A stretch of DNA of 64,000 bases from Oscillospiraceae bacterium (GTDB taxonomy: Bacteria; Bacillota; Clostridia; Oscillospirales; Oscillospiraceae), in assembly GCA_034926415.1 (NCBI GenBank), contig JAYFRC010000034.1:4232-68231 (forward strand), written 5' to 3'. This document shows, one piece after another, positions 54,075 to 63,521 of the stretch (positions within the stretch are counted from its first letter, which is position 1; every line of letters begins with the position of its first letter). Under the pieces are notes generated by a model. The model made no database searches. It had not been told where the DNA came from and worked only from the letters and a program-made list of their open reading frames with translations. A program made the translations under genes and the position numbers.

Positions 54075-54116
54075 AAAGACGCCGTCCCGCGGCGGCAAGC
54101 CCGGGACGGCGTCTTT
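54075..54116 (-). terminator. Hairpin between the two htrA genes
   Basis: AAAGACGCCGTCCCG / CGGGACGGCGTCTTT, 15-bp stem. Confidence 0.55.
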
Positions 54117-54141
54117 ATCATATTAAAATCAGTCCGCAGCC

Positions 54142-55476
54142 TTATGAATAACTTGACTCCGCGTCGAGCACAACGGGAAATTCCATCGTCTCGCCGTCTC
54201 TTAAAACTGTGAGCGTCATAGTTTCGCCGGGGGCGTGCGTGCGGCGCACCTCAAGCAGGTCCTTTGTCGAAGACACTTCCGTTCCGTCGGCCGCGGTTAT
54301 GACGTCTCCCTGACGAAGTCCCGCCGCCTTGGAACAACTGCCTGACTCGACAGAGTAGACGATAAGTCCTGTTTTCCCGCCGTCAAGCGCCACGGGCATC
54401 ACGGTTATGCCGAGTCTGCATTCCGGCAGCACGTAGCCGTATTCAAGTATCTGATTCACCTCATACAAAAATTCCGACGAGGGTATCGCAAAGCCCAGGC
54501 CTTCCACAGTATAGCTGCTCGAGCCCATTTTTATCGTGTTTATGCCGACGACCTGGCCTCTCGAGTTTATGAGCGGACCGCCGGAGTTGCCGGGGTTCAG
54601 CGCGGCGTTTGTCTGTATCAGCGTCATTGAGCGGCCGTTCACGTCCACGTTGCGGTTTATGGCGGAGATTATTCCGTCCGTCAGCGTCCCTCGAAGCTCG
54701 AGTCCGAGCGGGTTTCCTATGGCGTATGCCGTTTCGCCGACTATAAGGTCGTCGCTGTCGCCTATTTCGGCGGGCTCAAGGTCGTCCGCATCGACCTTCA
54801 GCACCGCAATGTCGCGGTCTGTATCGTAGCCGATGAGCGAAGCGTCGAGTTTTTCGCCGGTATAGAGAATGACGGCGCAGCTAGTACCACCATCTATAAC
54901 GTGGGCGTTCGTAAGTATATATCCGCTCTCGGTCAATATAACTCCCGTACCTATGGACGCCGTGGTACTGTCCTGCATGGCGGCTACCGTCACGACCGAG
55001 GGAAGCACCTTGGCGTAGACCTCTGAGGCTGAAAGCTCCTTCGCGCTCTTGTTTTCGCTCATGCCTATACTTACGCCGAGCCCGTGCGCAGCAGCCGCGA
55101 TATGCACCTTGGACGAATCGCCGTTCTCGTCTTCGTTGTACCAGAGTATATCGCCGTCGCCGTGACCGCCGCCGTGCACGACGGAGTAAAAGGGAACGAA
55201 CTTCGCGACCAGCGCGAGTCCTACCGCCGCGGCGCAGAGCGCCGCGAATATGACGACGCCGCGCTTTCCGTGCTTCGGTTTTTTCGGCTCTCTTCGCTCC
55301 TTCTGCTTTGCCTTCTTTACATACATCGGAAGCTTCTCGCCCTCTTGTTTCTTTCTCTCGGCTTCAGAAACAAAATCGCGTTCGTATGTCAGAACTACTT
55401 CCAACGGCAAATACGGACGTTCGTAACTCTCCTGTATCTCGCGCTGGGGCTCCGCATCGTTTCCAATTTTTTCCAT
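54142..55476 (-). CDS. HtrA/DegP-family membrane-anchored serine protease with PDZ domain
   Basis: TNAHVI, DIAVLKV, GNSGGPL. One TM segment. ATG at 55476 preferred over the TTG at 55506. Confidence 0.85.
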   Translation of the reverse strand: MEKIGNDAEPQREIQESYERPYLPLEVVLTYERDFVSEAERKKQEGEKLPMYVKKAKQKERREPKKPKHGKRGVVIFAALCAAAVGLALVAKFVPFYSVVHGGGHGDGDILWYNEDENGDSSKVHIAAAAHGLGVSIGMSENKSAKELSASEVYAKVLPSVVTVAAMQDSTTASIGTGVILTESGYILTNAHVIDGGTSCAVILYTGEKLDASLIGYDTDRDIAVLKVDADDLEPAEIGDSDDLIVGETAYAIGNPLGLELRGTLTDGIISAINRNVDVNGRSMTLIQTNAALNPGNSGGPLINSRGQVVGINTIKMGSSSYTVEGLGFAIPSSEFLYEVNQILEYGYVLPECRLGITVMPVALDGGKTGLIVYSVESGSCSKAAGLRQGDVITAADGTEVSSTKDLLEVRRTHAPGETMTLTVLRDGETMEFPVVLDAESSYS

Positions 55477-55617
55477 AAATATGACCGTGCCTTTCGCTTC
55501 GCTCAAGGTTCAAAATGACCATTAAAAGGGATGGTCATAATGTGTATATTTTCTGTCGCCGCGCAAGCGGCAAAAATGCGTAATTGAATCAAATAAAGTC
55601 TGAACCTGTTTCAAACT
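55477..55617 (-). repeat. Copy C of the three-hairpin intra-operon element (sensor kinase|htrA spacer)
   Basis: Same block order as copies A and B. Perfect 8-bp H1 (AUGACCAU/AUGGUCAU). Confidence 0.8.
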
Positions 55618-55634
55618 TCTCCGTCTTCGCGGTT

Positions 55635-57059
55635 TCAGATCGCGAGCGTCAGTGTGAAGGCGAAGGTCGTGAGTCCGTTTTCGCTCGTGACCTTTATGTC
55701 TTCCCTGTGCTGCCGCAAAATCGTCTTTACAATATAGAGGCCGAGGCCGACGCCGTCCTTGTCCTCGCTGCGGGATTTGTCGCTCTTGTGGAATCTCTCA
55801 AAAAGCAGAGGTATCTCCTCGGGCGATATCGTCTCTCCCCTGTTCTGGATAAAGACGAGCGCCTTGCCGTTTTTGATGCCGATGCCCATCTTCAGCGTCG
55901 AGCCGCGCTCGGCAAACTTGGCGGCGTTTTCCATGAGATTGTATATGACCTGCTGGATAAGATCCGGGTCGCCCATGACGAACACCGAGTCCTCCGGGAT
56001 ATCGGCCTCGACATCGAGGCCGCGGTCGGTTATTTTCATCTCCATCGATATTATCGTGCGGCGCATGCTCTCGCACACGTCGAAACGGCGCTTTTCCTGT
56101 ATGACGTCAGTCGCCTGGAGACGCGATATGTCCAGCATCCTGCGCACGAGGCGCGACATTCTGCGGCTCTCATCCGAGATTATCTGGAGATACTTCTTCT
56201 CCTTTTCGCGCGGTATCGTCCCATCGAGAATTCCGTCGGTATAGCCGGCTATGCTCGTCATCGGGGTTTTCAGCTCGTGCGAGACGTTGGCTATGAACTC
56301 GCGGCGGCGAAGCTCCGTCTGCTGGAGCGAATCGGCCATAAGGTTGAAAGCGTCCGCGAGCTCGCCCATTTCGTCGCTCTGGCCGTTGGGATTAACTCGA
56401 ACATCAAGGTTGCCCGCCGCGAAGCTTCGTACGGCCCTGACCATGTCCTGTATGGGTTTTGTCTGGCGCACGGTGGTGACCGAACAGAGCACTACGGCGA
56501 TGAGCATGACGGTTATCATCGTAAAAAAGAAAATACCGAAAAACGCGCGCCACATCTGCGTGAACGAGCTCATATCGCTCGTCACCAGTATCATGCCGAC
56601 GAGATTTCCGGTATACGGGCTCATCACGCTTTCGCCCACGATATACTGCTTGTGTTCGTATATTCCGCCGAGATTATTCACTCCGGAATATTTCTCACCG
56701 CCGCGTATTTCGGCCGCCGTCGCCTCGGGAATCGAGAGCGAACGGCCCTGAATATCCGAATCGGAAGCCATTATGACGCTTCCGTCGTTATCGCATACAA
56801 GAAGCTGAACGTCCGCTATCTCCGCCGCAAAGGACGCGAGAGTGCGGAACGAGGTGCTGTCTGCAAGGCTTTCGCCGGTGTAATACTGCGTGGCAAGCTG
56901 TGTGACGAGCTCCACGTCCTTTTCCATTCCGGCGCGTTTTTCCGTCGTCACATAGTTGTAGCTCAGTCCCATGAACGCCACGGCGAGCACCACCATGGTA
57001 AGTATTATCATTCCCGCGGTCAGCAGGAACTGTCTCCAATAAAGGCTCTGCGTTTTCAC
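55635..57059 (-). CDS. Sensor histidine kinase (CssS/VicK-like; HAMP-HisKA-HATPase)
   Basis: Two TM segments flanking an extracytoplasmic domain. H-box SHELKTPMTSIAGY, N/G boxes. Confidence 0.9.
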   Translation of the reverse strand: MKTQSLYWRQFLLTAGMIILTMVVLAVAFMGLSYNYVTTEKRAGMEKDVELVTQLATQYYTGESLADSTSFRTLASFAAEIADVQLLVCDNDGSVIMASDSDIQGRSLSIPEATAAEIRGGEKYSGVNNLGGIYEHKQYIVGESVMSPYTGNLVGMILVTSDMSSFTQMWRAFFGIFFFTMITVMLIAVVLCSVTTVRQTKPIQDMVRAVRSFAAGNLDVRVNPNGQSDEMGELADAFNLMADSLQQTELRRREFIANVSHELKTPMTSIAGYTDGILDGTIPREKEKKYLQIISDESRRMSRLVRRMLDISRLQATDVIQEKRRFDVCESMRRTIISMEMKITDRGLDVEADIPEDSVFVMGDPDLIQQVIYNLMENAAKFAERGSTLKMGIGIKNGKALVFIQNRGETISPEEIPLLFERFHKSDKSRSEDKDGVGLGLYIVKTILRQHREDIKVTSENGLTTFAFTLTLAI

Positions 57060-57112
57060 AGGTCAGACGGCCCCTTTTCGTTTACCCCGCGCAGCTATAT
57101 GGCAGGGCGGAT

Positions 57113-57826
57113 TTATTTTGTATTGTCCTGCGCTCCGTCGGTAAGCTCAAATTTATAGCCCACGCCCCAGACCGTCTTCAGCGCCCATTTGTCGCTGACG
57201 TTCTCGAGCTTTTCGCGGAGGCGTTTTATGTGGACGTCAACCGTGCGCGAGTCGCCGAAATAGTCGAATCCCCACACCTCGTCGAGAAGCTGATTGCGAG
57301 TGTAGACTCGGTTAGGCGTCGCCGCCAGGTGGTAGAGAAGCTCGAGCTCCTTGGGCGGCGTATCTATCTTCTGCCCGTCGACGATTAGCTCGTAGGAATC
57401 AAGATTTATCACGAGCTTGTCAAACGTCAGGCGCTTTTTCGTGTCCTCGGGAAGCTCCGTACGGCGGAGCACCGCGTTTATCCTCGCGAGAAGTTCTTTC
57501 ATCTCGAAAGGCTTTATAATATAATCGTCCGCGCCCATCTCGAGGCCCTGTATGCGGTCGAACACTTCGCCCTTGGCCGTGAGCATTATTATCGGAACCT
57601 TCGACGTCTCTCTTATCTTGGCACAGACGCCCCAGCCGTCCAGAACGGGCAGCATGATGTCGAGAAGTATGAGGTCGGGAGCTTCCTTTCTGAACTCCTC
57701 CAGCGCCTTTCCGCCGTCGGCGGCGCGTCGGACGACAAAGCCCTCCTTTTCAAGATACAGACGAAGCAGGTCGGCTATGTTTCCGTCGTCCTCGACCACA
57801 AGTACGTTTCGTGCCAAAATCTCCAC
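57113..57826 (-). CDS. OmpR-family response regulator (CssR-like)
   Basis: VLVVEDD..LILLDIMLP..TAKG REC domain plus winged-helix domain (TVDVHIKRLREKL..VWGVGYK). Non-ATG start; the exact start is uncertain. Confidence 0.9.
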   Translation of the reverse strand: MEILARNVLVVEDDGNIADLLRLYLEKEGFVVRRAADGGKALEEFRKEAPDLILLDIMLPVLDGWGVCAKIRETSKVPIIMLTAKGEVFDRIQGLEMGADDYIIKPFEMKELLARINAVLRRTELPEDTKKRLTFDKLVINLDSYELIVDGQKIDTPPKELELLYHLAATPNRVYTRNQLLDEVWGFDYFGDSRTVDVHIKRLREKLENVSDKWALKTVWGVGYKFELTDGAQDNTK

Positions 57827-57936
57827 ATCCTTCCATGGCGGACATTCCGCCGCCGGCTCTTCGGGGCGGCCGAAAGCCGGTCATTCTTCCCCGATTATAC
57901 TTATATAATGCATTTCATGCTTGAACATTCTGTAAA

Positions 57937-59085
57937 CTATATGTTGACCTCGTTCACCGCGCGAACGCTGTACTTATCATCGCGAAGTCTGGGAAGAAGC
58001 GTCGTCAGCGCCGAGGCGGAAATGTCGTCTCCGGTCATAAGCACGCGGGCATAGGACGTTTTCGCGGCTATGCGCTTTATAACCGCCGCGGCGCGCGAGA
58101 TGCCCGCCGTACCGAGAGTCTGCGCGTCCACGTTCGCCGTAAAGACACAGTAGCCGTCCGAAACGAGCGCGCTCTTGGGATACGTTCCGCCGCTGAGCAG
58201 GATTATGCGCGTCGCGGCTCCGGTATAGGTGCGAAGCAGCGCGTTTGCGCGCTCTATCTCGCGCTCGGCGCGAGCCGCCGAGATCGTGCCGTCCACTGTT
58301 ATGCCGACGGTATGTCCCTCCGCCGCGATACGGCGGAGCAGGTCGTCGGAACCCTCCATTTCGTCGGCGGTAAAGAAAAACGCGGCCTTGAATCCGTAGC
58401 CGGAAAGCCTGTCGAGTATCGCGGAGACCGAGTCGCCCGCCGTGAACGCCATGCACACCGTCACGCTGTTCTTGTTAGTCTCCTCGGGCGTATCATCGGA
58501 ATCGTCCGTCGTCTGCCCGGAATCGGAGCTCGGCGTCTGCTTGCTCTGTATATACTTGTTGTAGCGTGAGGACAGGAACACGTCGGCCTTACTTACAAAG
58601 GCGCTGTCCTGAAACGTCGCATCTGAATTCTTGATGCGTACGAGCGGGATATAGTCCGTTTCAACTATGGTGAAGGACATCGTGAAATACGCGCAGACAA
58701 AGGCGCCGGGGAAAAACACATATCCGTTTTTCGTTATGGCGCTGAACGCGTACGAAACGCCGTTCTGCGTCAGCACGCCGCCGTTTGCGAGATCAAACAG
58801 CAGCGCCGTATTATCGCGGTAGAGCATGGCCTTCTGCTCGCCCGCGCCGTAAGCGTAGGACACGCCGATATTGGAGGATGAGAAGACCGTGCTCGGAACA
58901 TAGAGGTTGCCGCCCGACCAGAAAGGCATCGTCGCGTCGGAAAGCTCGAAGAGGGTATCGTTGACGGCGGTGAAATAGGCCGTTTCCGTTTCCGCTCCCG
59001 CGCGCTCGGTCGAAATAGGCGCCGCGAGGACGAACGTCACCGCGGCCGTGAGCAATATGCAGCATATGCGCTTTATCGGCTTCAC
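57937..59085 (-). CDS. Secreted protein with C-terminal NodB (polysaccharide deacetylase)-like domain lacking catalytic motifs
   Basis: Signal peptide. C-terminal CMAFTAGDS..ILDRL..KAAFFF..EGHTVGI aligns to the TFDDG..ATFF..GHExGxH pattern, but the Asp pair and the second His are missing. Confidence 0.4.
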   Translation of the reverse strand: MKPIKRICCILLTAAVTFVLAAPISTERAGAETETAYFTAVNDTLFELSDATMPFWSGGNLYVPSTVFSSSNIGVSYAYGAGEQKAMLYRDNTALLFDLANGGVLTQNGVSYAFSAITKNGYVFFPGAFVCAYFTMSFTIVETDYIPLVRIKNSDATFQDSAFVSKADVFLSSRYNKYIQSKQTPSSDSGQTTDDSDDTPEETNKNSVTVCMAFTAGDSVSAILDRLSGYGFKAAFFFTADEMEGSDDLLRRIAAEGHTVGITVDGTISAARAEREIERANALLRTYTGAATRIILLSGGTYPKSALVSDGYCVFTANVDAQTLGTAGISRAAAVIKRIAAKTSYARVLMTGDDISASALTTLLPRLRDDKYSVRAVNEVNI

Positions 59086-59173
59086 GGTCCTTTTCCCTCC
59101 TCTTTGCAGCAGATGTTATTACAATTTTTTATTTTATCCGATTCTGTGCCTTTTTGCAAGATGGGCAGCCAGC

Positions 59174-59206
59174 AAAACGGCCGCTCCGGTTTGCGGAGCG
59201 GCCGTT
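59174..59206 (-). terminator. Intrinsic terminator after degV
   Basis: Minus strand: AACGGCCGCTCCG-CAAAC-CGGAGCGGCCGTT followed by TTTG. Confidence 0.65.
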
Positions 59207-59211
59207 CAAGC

Positions 59212-60081
59212 TTATTTTTTCTTTCTGTAGACGAGCGCCACAACGTTCGGTCCGCAGTTTATCGCGATTATGCAGCCGAGATAATAGCTGAGTACCGGCA
59301 GATAGCCAAGCTTTTCCCTGCACTCGGCGTTAAGCTCGTCATTCCTGTCCTCAAGCGCGCCGTGGATGCAGAGATACTCGCTTCCGGGCTCCATCTCATC
59401 TTTCATCATATCGACTATTGCGGGGACGACCGCCTTATCCCCGCGCACCTTGCCGAGGATTTTCGCGCCGCCGTCCTCGAAGCCTATAAGCGGGCGCAGT
59501 CCCAGAGCGTCTCCGATAAACGCTGCGGCGGCGCTGACGCGGCCTGATTTTTTGACGAACTGGAGATTATAGGGCACGAAAAGCACACGCTGATGGTCTA
59601 TCCAATCCCGTATGACGGTGAGCACTTCTTCAACGCTCTTTCCCTCGGCCGCAGCGCGCGCGCCGAGAACGGCCGCATAGCCGTAACCCATGGTGTAAGT
59701 CGTACCGTCGACTACATGGACGGAAAATTTGCCCCCGGCTTCCGGATGGTCTCTGAAAAACGCGTCTCTTGCAATCATCGCGTTCTGGTTCGTGGCCGAG
59801 CCTCCGGCGTTTATAGAAACGTATATCAGATCCGTGCAGCCTTCCGCGAAAGCCCTTTCATAACACTCCAAAAACGTGAATGGCGTGAGCTGCGAATGCG
59901 TAGGCACGGTGGCCGAAGCCTCGAGTTTTCTGTAAAACTCAACCGGTGTAAAATCCACGTTGTCCCTGTACTCCCTGTCGTCCATCGCTATGATGAACGG
60001 AAGAACCTCTATGCCGCAGCTCTTCTGGAGCTCCGCAGGGATATCCGAAGCCGAGTCCGTCATTATTCTGATTTTTGCCAT
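59212..60081 (-). CDS. DegV-family fatty-acid-binding protein
   Basis: MAKIRIMTDSASDIP N-terminus and DegV fold pattern. 289 aa. Confidence 0.85.
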   Translation of the reverse strand: MAKIRIMTDSASDIPAELQKSCGIEVLPFIIAMDDREYRDNVDFTPVEFYRKLEASATVPTHSQLTPFTFLECYERAFAEGCTDLIYVSINAGGSATNQNAMIARDAFFRDHPEAGGKFSVHVVDGTTYTMGYGYAAVLGARAAAEGKSVEEVLTVIRDWIDHQRVLFVPYNLQFVKKSGRVSAAAAFIGDALGLRPLIGFEDGGAKILGKVRGDKAVVPAIVDMMKDEMEPGSEYLCIHGALEDRNDELNAECREKLGYLPVLSYYLGCIIAINCGPNVVALVYRKKK

Positions 60082-60222
60082 ATGTTCCTCCTGCGTCTGC
60101 TTCAGCGGACGTATCGCATATTACGAATTGCTAAATCTCAATTCCATATTATATCATTTATCCGGCATATATGGCAAGTGGAACGAACCCCGTTTTTATT
60201 AAATGCCAAAATGGCGCGGTTT

Positions 60223-61218
60223 CTACTTTTTCGGCGTATATCTGGCTATTTTTACGTCGGTATAGTACCACGTGAGTATCTGCCTGTAATTTTTTCCCTG
60301 CTCGGCCATAACATTGGCTCCGTACTGGCTCATTCCGACGCCGTGGCCGTATCCTGTCACATGAAAAATGATGCTGTCCGCCTCCGTTTCGACAGTGAAG
60401 CACGCGGAGCGAAGGCCGAATATCGTGCGCATCTTTCCTCCGCTGACGCTCACGCCGCCGACGTCCATTGAAGAAACAAGCCCGGAATCGCTGGTTTCCA
60501 CGTTTTTCATCCATTCCGCCTCGTCGTCACCGAAAACCGCGTCGGGATACTCGGCGAGAAACTTCTCCCTGAACTCGTCCGCCTCGACCGTCACGACGCT
60601 GTAATAATTCGGCACCTCGGCGTCGTCCTCCGGGCTGCTGACGCTCTTGAGATACGGGAGCTGCGAGACCCAGACGTCGCCCGAGTTCTGCGTCTTTCCG
60701 GGCGCGGACGAAAAGAAAGCCGCAAATATGGGATCTCCGTCGTAAAGTATCGTCATTCCGTCGGTCCCGCGCACCGCCGTGGCTATCTTAGCGGCGTATT
60801 CATCCGCGTTCTTTCCCCAGTTTTCTTCCGCGCTCTCCGCGGAAAGCCACGCCTGACAGCAGTTTATATCGTCGCATACGTCGGCGTCCGGATGGTTTGC
60901 GGACGGCCCGTTTTCCATCTTGTAGCATGTCTCGGTGCGCGCCGCAACGGCCTGAGCTTTCAGCGCCTCTATTTCAAACGACGCAGGCATCTCCGCTCTC
61001 AGCACGCCCTGAAGATACTCGTCCATCGTCATCTCGCGCACCTCTCCGCCTATGAGAGCTCTCACGGTAACGGAGCTGTCGGTCTTTCCCGGATCCGGTA
61101 TGGAATAACCCGTCTCCCCGCCCTGCGATACTATGTTTTTCACCGCGGGAACGCCTATCCACGCCGCCGCAAAGACTATTATTATAAGAACGATCGCCGC
61201 CGCCGCGCTCTGCTTCAT
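60223..61218 (-). CDS. spoIID: SpoIID/LytB-domain protein (stage II sporulation protein D-like)
   Basis: GYGHGVGMSQYGA signature and an N-terminal TM segment. Start at MKQSAAAA (ORF track: 61317). Confidence 0.8.
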   Translation of the reverse strand: MKQSAAAAIVLIIIVFAAAWIGVPAVKNIVSQGGETGYSIPDPGKTDSSVTVRALIGGEVREMTMDEYLQGVLRAEMPASFEIEALKAQAVAARTETCYKMENGPSANHPDADVCDDINCCQAWLSAESAEENWGKNADEYAAKIATAVRGTDGMTILYDGDPIFAAFFSSAPGKTQNSGDVWVSQLPYLKSVSSPEDDAEVPNYYSVVTVEADEFREKFLAEYPDAVFGDDEAEWMKNVETSDSGLVSSMDVGGVSVSGGKMRTIFGLRSACFTVETEADSIIFHVTGYGHGVGMSQYGANVMAEQGKNYRQILTWYYTDVKIARYTPKK

Positions 61219-61440
61219 GCCCGTCCCACCTTTTTTGCGTTTTCGGGCTATTCTATTTCCGAGCAGAGCCAAATATGACTTCGCCTGCTTCAAAAAACGT
61301 TTCGCGCGCATGGACAAAAAATCTCCCCCGTGTTAATATAAGAATATATATCAGAACTTTATATCGCTTCCCGGCGCGCTCTCCGCTCCGGGCGCTTTTA
61401 ATAATAACATATAAAACATATAATAAGAGGTTTTTCTTAA

Positions 61441-62199
61441 ATGCCCGACAGATTTTCGCTTATTTTCACCTCTGTGTTTACCGGCGCCGCCTGCGCCGCG
61501 CTCCGTGCGCTTCAGTCGGTCTACGGTTTTGACGGAGCGGGGCTTCCCGCCGTCTCTCCCTTCGGCCCGGCCTCCGCCGCATGCGCCGCAGCCTCAGCCG
61601 CTGCTCTCCTCGCGCTGTCACGGCGCGTAAAGCCAGCCACAGGCTTCTTTTCCCCCATGTCCAGGCCATGGGTCATCGTCTCAGCGCTCGGCTCGCTGTG
61701 CCTTGCTCTGTCCGGGATCGGATACATGTTTTCATCTTTAGGCGGCGCGGTCTCGGCCGCGGAGTTCCTTCTCGGCGCGTTCGCCGTGTTCGCAGCCGTA
61801 CTCTCTCCGCTTGCCCGGCGCACCAATCACGACGGAACCCCGGCGCGCGGAAGGCTTTTGTTCGCCCTCATTCCCACATGCTTCTGCGTGGCGTGGATAG
61901 TCGTTTTTTACCGCGACCATGCAGCCGACCCGCTGCTGTGGCACTACTGGTGCCCGCTGCTCGCGATAGCGGCCCTTACCATTTCCTTTTACTATTCCGC
62001 AGGGCTTTACTGCGGACGCATGTTTTTTCGACGGGCCGCGTTTTTCTCGGCTCTTGCCGTCATGCTGTCAATATCCGCGCTGCCCGGAAACGGCGTGACT
62101 CCCGTCTTCTTCTGCATTGCGGGCTGCGCACTGATGCGGCTTGCCGAGCTGCGCATGCTGCTCGCAACGGAAAACAGTCTGTCTTATACACAAGGATAA
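61441..62199 (+). CDS. Hypothetical polytopic membrane protein
   Basis: 252 aa, about 6 hydrophobic segments, weak RBS. No recognisable motif. Confidence 0.4.
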   Translation: MPDRFSLIFTSVFTGAACAALRALQSVYGFDGAGLPAVSPFGPASAACAAASAAALLALSRRVKPATGFFSPMSRPWVIVSALGSLCLALSGIGYMFSSLGGAVSAAEFLLGAFAVFAAVLSPLARRTNHDGTPARGRLLFALIPTCFCVAWIVVFYRDHAADPLLWHYWCPLLAIAALTISFYYSAGLYCGRMFFRRAAFFSALAVMLSISALPGNGVTPVFFCIAGCALMRLAELRMLLATENSLSYTQG

Positions 62200-62346
62200 A
62201 AAACTTTGTATTTTTAATACTTTTTTAATAATTACCCCTATTTTTATTAACATAACGCCTGTATTATCATAATCACAGGGAACGACCAGAACGTCGTTGC
62301 TGCAAGGTACAAATAACTTCTTTTCATCCAATCTTCCAACCCAACG

Positions 62347-62379
62347 GCAAAAGCGGGAACGTAAGTTCCCGCTTTTGTC
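62347..62379. terminator. Bidirectional intrinsic terminator (tadA / membrane-protein gene)
   Basis: AAAGCGGGAAC-GTAA-GTTCCCGCTTT with T-runs on both strands. Confidence 0.8.
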
Positions 62380-62407
62380 GTTTTTGTCTTATCTGCGGGC
62401 GAAATAT

Positions 62408-62851
62408 CTATCTCAACCCTCCGAAAAAATCCGCCAGAAGCGCGGCGCACTCGCCCTCGCACACTCCGCCGACCACCTCTGGCGTATTTGAAAAATCTTC
62501 CATATACATGTTCCACACTCCGCCGACCGCGCCCATGGCACGGTCGCGCGCACCGTAGACCAATCGCTCTATCCTCGCGTTAAGTATGGCTCCGGCGCAC
62601 ATCGGGCAGGGCTCGAGCGTGACGTACATCGTCGCGCCTGAGAGCCGCCAGGAGCCGGTGTTCCCGTTGGCCTGAACGATCGCCTCCATCTCCGCATGGG
62701 ACGCGGCGCTCTGTTTTTCCTCGCGCATATTGCGCCCTCTGCCTATTACCTCGCCGCCGGCAACTATAATGCAGCCGACCGGGACCTCCCCAGCCGCCGC
62801 AGCTTCCCGCGCAAGTGCAATGGCCATGCGCATATATTTTTCGTCGTCCAT
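62408..62851 (-). CDS. tadA: tRNA adenosine(34) deaminase
   Basis: HAEMEAI and PCPMCAGAI zinc motifs. Start at MDDEKYM with a GAAAGGA RBS. Confidence 0.9.
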   Translation of the reverse strand: MDDEKYMRMAIALAREAAAAGEVPVGCIIVAGGEVIGRGRNMREEKQSAASHAEMEAIVQANGNTGSWRLSGATMYVTLEPCPMCAGAILNARIERLVYGARDRAMGAVGGVWNMYMEDFSNTPEVVGGVCEGECAALLADFFGGLR

Positions 62852-62977
62852 ATTCGTTACCGTTCCTTTCGCCTCGCCGCACAAATTAAAATTCGTTTTC
62901 TTGCGCCGAGCGTATAGACAATGGAATATTTGCCCAAAATAGGAATAACGTTAGTAATACAAGGAGTGGAATGTTCC

Positions 62978-63247
62978 ATGGGTGAAAATTCGTCTTTCTT
63001 CAGAAAATCCGCCCGCGAAAGCGAGGAAATGCGCGACCTGCGTATGTCGCTCGAGGAAACCAAACAGCAGATAGCGCGGGTTTACGGCTGGTTCAACTAT
63101 GCCGACGACCCCGACCTTATAGACTCATACGTATATGAAATAAACGCGCTCAGGGCGCGCTACAACTACCTGCTGCGCCGCGTCAAAGACGCCGGGGGCG
63201 AGGCTGTCGCGTGCGGGCGGGGAGGAGATGACAAGCAATGGACCTGA
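62978..63247 (+). CDS. yaaL: DUF2508 (YaaL-like) protein
   Basis: FNYADDPDLIDSYVYEINALRARYNYLL matches the DUF2508 pattern. Immediately upstream of bofA, as in Bacillus. Confidence 0.65.
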   Translation: MGENSSFFRKSARESEEMRDLRMSLEETKQQIARVYGWFNYADDPDLIDSYVYEINALRARYNYLLRRVKDAGGEAVACGRGGDDKQWT

Positions 63248-63504
63248 CTCAGGAGATACTTCTCGCAATAGCCGCGGTGCTCGCCGTGCTGCTTGTACTG
63301 CGGCTGTTCGCGGCCCCGCTGCGGCTTGCGCTAAAGGTGCTCGTCAACACCGCGGTCGGCTTTCTCGCCCTTATCGTCGTCAATCTGACGGCGGCGATAA
63401 CCGGCGTGGCCGTAGGCGTAAACCTGATAAACGCCGTCGTCATAGGCGTGCTCGGCCTTCCAGGGTTTGTTTTGCTGCTTCTCATGCAGTGGATGTTTAC
63501 ATAA
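63238..63504 (+). CDS. bofA: Pro-sigma-K processing inhibitor BofA
   Basis: 88 aa, two TM segments. ..VNLINAVVIGVLGLPGFVLLLL resembles the BofA C-terminal half. Confidence 0.7.
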   Translation: MDLTQEILLAIAAVLAVLLVLRLFAAPLRLALKVLVNTAVGFLALIVVNLTAAITGVAVGVNLINAVVIGVLGLPGFVLLLLMQWMFT

Positions 63505-63521
63505 ATGGCGGTTCGCGCTCC

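Noticed and set aside
55584-57158. 524-aa plus-strand ORF
   Set aside because: It is antisense to the histidine kinase gene (H, N and G boxes present on the minus strand). It is Arg/His-rich with no RBS.
62200-62407. SRP/scRNA gene downstream of tadA (as in the Bacillus tadA-scr arrangement)
   Set aside because: No SRP domain-IV-like sequence is present. Only a bidirectional terminator (62347-62379) is found.
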